DNA of 64,000 nucleotides from Thermodesulfobacteriota bacterium (GTDB lineage Bacteria; Desulfobacterota_D; UBA1144; Nemesobacterales; JAJCZQ01): NCBI GenBank assembly GCA_965203965.1, contig CBDBDR010000017.1, positions 224,001 to 288,000 of the forward strand, read 5' to 3'. Shown piece by piece: positions 60,118 to 64,000 of this stretch (position 1 is its first letter; each line of letters starts with the position of its first letter). The notes under the pieces were generated by a model. It saw only the letters and a program-made list of their open reading frames with translations, ran no database searches and was not told where the DNA came from. The position numbers and the translations under genes were made by a program.

Positions 60118-62763
60118 ATGGTAATGCATTGTAAAAAACTTTTGTTTATTGTATTTAACTTTTTTGTATTTGTCCCGATAGTTTTTGCTCAGAATACAGA
60201 TAACTCTGAAAATCAAATATTCAGCTTTGACCCTTTGGTGATAACGGGAAGTAGAACCATTACTGATGATTCAACTTCTCCCGTACCGGTTGACCGCATA
60301 GAAAAGGATGAACTTCTCAAAACTGGACATAATGAACTTGGCAGGGCAATACAAACGTTGATCCCTTCTTTTAATTTTTCAAGTTCCACAATAAGTGATG
60401 GAACAGACTCCGTTCGTCCTGCGACTTTGAGAGGGATGGGGCCTGACCAAGTGCTTCTGTTGATAAATGGAAAACGTCGACATGGTAGTGCACTTATACA
60501 CGTAAATACTTCAGTTGGGCGTGGTACAGCGGGCTATGACATAAACTCCATACCCATAAGTGCAATTGATCGTGTGGAAGTATTAAGAGATGGAGCTTCT
60601 GCTTTGTATGGCTCCGATGCAATAGCTGGTGTCATCAATATAATTTTAAAAACTGACTATGAGGGAGCAGTTTATACTTCTTATGGAGAAACTTATGAGG
60701 GAGATGGTGCTCAATTTATAACCAGATTGAACAAAGGGTTCAGTATTGGTGGGGATGGGGTGCTTCACCTTGCAGCAGAGTTTCGTGATAGGCAGAGAAC
60801 CAACCGTGCTGGGTTGTCAGGAACAATACAATATCCAGACTCTACAAGTTTCCCTCTGGATGATAATGATGACAATAACTTTGACCCAGTTTTGAATACC
60901 AATCTCATTAATGAGGGATTTAGACCGGGGACAATCGTTCTGTTGAATGATCCAGACGGTAAAGAAGCGAGTTTTAACCGCCGTAATTTCCGCATTGGGG
61001 ATGCTGATGCAGAGTATGTAAGCGGTGTGTATAACTTTGAAAAACCGATCAGTATTGGCTCAGGTGCAAATATATATTCATTTGGTTCTATTTCACGGAA
61101 GGAAAGCACAAGTGGAGGTTTTTACAGAAGAGCAAACGATGCCCGGAATCCGGGGGCAAGCTATCCGGATGGATTTCTTCCTCTGATTGAAACTACGGTA
61201 TGGGATTTTTCACTGAATATGGGTGTAGATTATGAATTTGATAGTGGTCTCAAAGTTGATCTTGGAGTTACACATGGAGGAAATACCTTTAACTTCGGTG
61301 TGAAAAACTCCCATAATGCCTCATGGGTCTATCGTAAACTCAATCCCGATACCGATTTCACGTTTGGAACCGCCGCGTTTAGAACTGGTACAGATCCTTT
61401 CTCAGAAACGGATTTTTCTGGCTCAATTCCAACCTCCGCAGACTCGGGGGAACTCGCATTATATCTCACCACAGTAAATCTGGATTTTGTAATGCCTATA
61501 CAGGATTGGCTTAAACTGGCTTGGGGAGGAGAGTACAAAAGGGACAACTACAAGATAGAAGCAGGGGATCCTTATTCTTATGAGGATTATGATGGAATTA
61601 CAGAAAGTGGGGCTCCAGGAGGGATACAGGTTTTTCCAGGATTTCAACCTGAAAACGAAGTAGATGAATCAAGACATGCTTTTGCTCTTTACACTGAAGC
61701 AAGTGTAACTCCTTATGAATCATTACTGATAAGTCCTGCCGTGCGTTACGAAAGATACAGTGATTTTGGTAACAGTTTGAATGGCAAGATAGCGGCAAAG
61801 TTAGACGCTTTTGAAATTATTACTTTCAGAGGTTCACTAAGCAGTGGGTTCAGGGCACCTTCAATGCAGCAGCTTTACTTCAACAACGTAAGCACTCAAT
61901 TTCTTCCCGTGGGTAACGATCAGGTTCCTTTTGAGGTTGGAACTTTCAGAAACGACAGTGAAATAGCCAATGCAATTGGGATCCCTGATCTTGATGAAGA
62001 AACTTCTGTAAACTGGAGCGGTGGTTTTTTATTTAAACCCTTTTCTAATTTCTCCATTACCACGGATTTTTACTACATAACCGTAGATAATAGAATTATC
62101 CTAAGCGGTCCATTGGAGCCGGGTAATGAGGCTCTTTCACAAACCGCGAGAGAGTTTTTTATTGCTAGAGGCATTGGAAGAGCTCAGTTTTTTATGAACG
62201 CGGCTGATACAAGGACAAAAGGTGTGGATATAATTTCCGCTTGGCAAGTCCCGTTTGTTTCCAAAGGGTCATTGAAACTCAAATTTGCTGGGACAATATC
62301 AGACACAAAGATCACTTCAGTGAACCTCCCAGTTGGACTTCCCGATTCGCTTTACACTGATCGGGATCGTTCCATTTTGGAAGAGTGGCAACCAGATAGT
62401 AAATTCACACTTTCAGGTAACTACGATATTAATAGATTTTCATTTTGGTTAGCATTTCATCGTTATGGTGAATACAGAATAACAAATGGGGGTAGACAAC
62501 AGACTTACGGTGCTAAATATCTGACCGATGCACAAATGAGCATTGATCTCGGAAGGTTAGGAGCAATAAAATTCGGAGCTAATAACCTATTTGACGTGAC
62601 GCCTGATAGGAACGAGATAACTATTTCAAACAGAGGCACTATAATAGACCCAGAAGGTAACGTAATTGTGGATTCACCCGGTGTTTTCACTTACTCAAGA
62701 GGGTCTGCTCCATTTGGATTTAACGGTGGATTTTATTATGTCGCTTTTGAGAGAAGTCTGTAA
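60118..62763 (+). CDS. TonB-dependent receptor
   Basis: Signal peptide, VITGSR TonB box, plug LRGMGPDQVLLLINGKR...RVEVLRDGASALYGSDAIAGVINIILK, NNLFD. Confidence 0.93.
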   Translation: MVMHCKKLLFIVFNFFVFVPIVFAQNTDNSENQIFSFDPLVITGSRTITDDSTSPVPVDRIEKDELLKTGHNELGRAIQTLIPSFNFSSSTISDGTDSVRPATLRGMGPDQVLLLINGKRRHGSALIHVNTSVGRGTAGYDINSIPISAIDRVEVLRDGASALYGSDAIAGVINIILKTDYEGAVYTSYGETYEGDGAQFITRLNKGFSIGGDGVLHLAAEFRDRQRTNRAGLSGTIQYPDSTSFPLDDNDDNNFDPVLNTNLINEGFRPGTIVLLNDPDGKEASFNRRNFRIGDADAEYVSGVYNFEKPISIGSGANIYSFGSISRKESTSGGFYRRANDARNPGASYPDGFLPLIETTVWDFSLNMGVDYEFDSGLKVDLGVTHGGNTFNFGVKNSHNASWVYRKLNPDTDFTFGTAAFRTGTDPFSETDFSGSIPTSADSGELALYLTTVNLDFVMPIQDWLKLAWGGEYKRDNYKIEAGDPYSYEDYDGITESGAPGGIQVFPGFQPENEVDESRHAFALYTEASVTPYESLLISPAVRYERYSDFGNSLNGKIAAKLDAFEIITFRGSLSSGFRAPSMQQLYFNNVSTQFLPVGNDQVPFEVGTFRNDSEIANAIGIPDLDEETSVNWSGGFLFKPFSNFSITTDFYYITVDNRIILSGPLEPGNEALSQTAREFFIARGIGRAQFFMNAADTRTKGVDIISAWQVPFVSKGSLKLKFAGTISDTKITSVNLPVGLPDSLYTDRDRSILEEWQPDSKFTLSGNYDINRFSFWLAFHRYGEYRITNGGRQQTYGAKYLTDAQMSIDLGRLGAIKFGANNLFDVTPDRNEITISNRGTIIDPEGNVIVDSPGVFTYSRGSAPFGFNGGFYYVAFERSL

Positions 62764-62838
62764 AGGCAGGTAAGGTTTACGGGTCAAAATCCGCACCGTA
62801 TTTCAGCCTCCACTCAAATTATTTGTTTAGGGTTATAA

Positions 62839-62880
62839 TAAAAAGGACACACGAGCTAATTGTGTGTCCTTTTAGTTTTT
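62839..62880. terminator. Bidirectional intrinsic terminator
   Basis: AAAAGGACACAC...GTGTGTCCTTTT stem with A and T tracts, between convergent genes. Confidence 0.8.
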
Positions 62881-63006
62881 CCTGTGGGTGGGTAAAAAAG
62901 TGCGGTGGTGAGGGTGGGTCGGTAAGAATCATATCTGCATAATTATCTGAAAACCGTAAAATCTTTATTCTTCCTTGCGAAATTGCGTTCTGATTTCTTT
63001 AACATT

Positions 63007-63654
63007 TTATGCTTTTTCAATTTTTTTGTCGGTTCTCAAGTCAAGGAAATACCAATCATTTATCTTCTCCCATTCAAATTGATAAGAGTTATGTAAAGTC
63101 ACTCTAATATTTTCTCGCCCTTTGCTGTCATACCAAAATTCTTTCCCTTTTTCAGTTATAAATCCATCGTGTGTAGCGAAAACAGTCCCAACACCTTTTT
63201 TTGATTGTTTGATATATGGTGTACTATTAGTAATCATATAAAATCTTCCAAGTTTAAATTGTCCTTTGGTAATAACCAATTCAAGGGCTTCAATATCAAC
63301 GTAAGCATCAATTCTTCCATGGTCTTGCGCCCCTTGTTTTGCTGTCTTAAATTTTAATTCAATAGCGCATTTTATTTGGTCAACGAATTCGCAAGAAATG
63401 TCAATGTACTTTGATTTTCCTTTTATGTTGTCACATTTAGTTTCCAAATCCACTTTGAAAAGGTCTTTTTCAGCGATTGAGTATAGATTTCCAACGTTTC
63501 TTATTATTTGGGCGAAATGATGTTGAAAAGGTGCTTCTTTACTGATTTCGTGTCTGCTGTGAATAAACTGAGATTTAAAGATTTTCCACGACAAGTCTAA
63601 AACTTCATTTAGTCGTTTTGGATATTCAAATTCTATAATCTCTTCTTCTTTCAT
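63007..63654 (-). CDS. Hypothetical PD-(D/E)xK nuclease-fold protein
   Basis: KEAPFQHHF...LE...YIDI...AIELK pattern. Confidence 0.6.
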   Translation of the reverse strand: MKEEEIIEFEYPKRLNEVLDLSWKIFKSQFIHSRHEISKEAPFQHHFAQIIRNVGNLYSIAEKDLFKVDLETKCDNIKGKSKYIDISCEFVDQIKCAIELKFKTAKQGAQDHGRIDAYVDIEALELVITKGQFKLGRFYMITNSTPYIKQSKKGVGTVFATHDGFITEKGKEFWYDSKGRENIRVTLHNSYQFEWEKINDWYFLDLRTDKKIEKA

Positions 63655-64000
63655 TTTTTACGGCTTGTGCTATCCCCTTCACTAACAGGGACAATATGGG
63701 AGGCATCAATTAATTTAAGTTGCGAGTCACATTATAACGGAATAACTAAAATGGCACAATGGGATAAAAAACTGAAAACTGACTGACCGAGAATTTAAGT
63801 AATCTAATCAATTTTTACCTTTTTTCTGCCATAACTTTCCCTAATTATTATACTTTTTATTTTTGCAGTTTTTGACGCTTATTGCATCTAATTTCTGAAC
63901 TTGCGGACATTTTAACAAAAAAATCAATGTTAAAATGTTAAAGGGGAGTTAGGAACTCGTTAAGTATCAACACTATCGCTGTTTTCGGTCATTTTTTGTA

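Noticed and set aside
62800..62813. 13/14 match to the reverse complement of 25804-25817, both near nuclease-type genes
   Set aside because: A match this short is expected by chance in a 64-kb window.

Overview
A gene-dense, AT-rich bacterial chromosomal segment from a diderm. RpoH, PilMNOPQ, TolB and EF-G2 suggest a deltaproteobacteria-like lineage such as Desulfobacterota/Dadabacteria, but this is an inference. Housekeeping genes (rplU-rpmA, rlmN, alaS, rpoH, fmt, rnr, frameshifted prfB, nadK, pepA, pdxH, EF-G paralog, pyrG, rdgB) and three tRNAs (Asn, Phe, Ser) are interleaved with accessory modules. These are: amt plus porin; an XRE/membrane/lipoprotein trio ahead of pilMNOPQ, whose PilQ carries three apparently identical 339-bp AMIN-like units; a TIMP-like/matrixin/lipoprotein triad; an integrase-less restriction-modification islet at tRNA-Ser; and a JAB-DinG fusion. 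The most striking feature is a tandemly duplicated pair of lipoproteins (46.1-49.9 kb), each with 13 helical 33/37-aa repeats. The repeat scaffold is nearly invariant, residues on one helix face are hypervariable, and repeat cassettes are shuffled within and between the two genes, making it a candidate recombination-diversified binding-protein system. No CRISPR array, transposase, integrase or reverse transcriptase was seen. All calls are by eye, without database searches.
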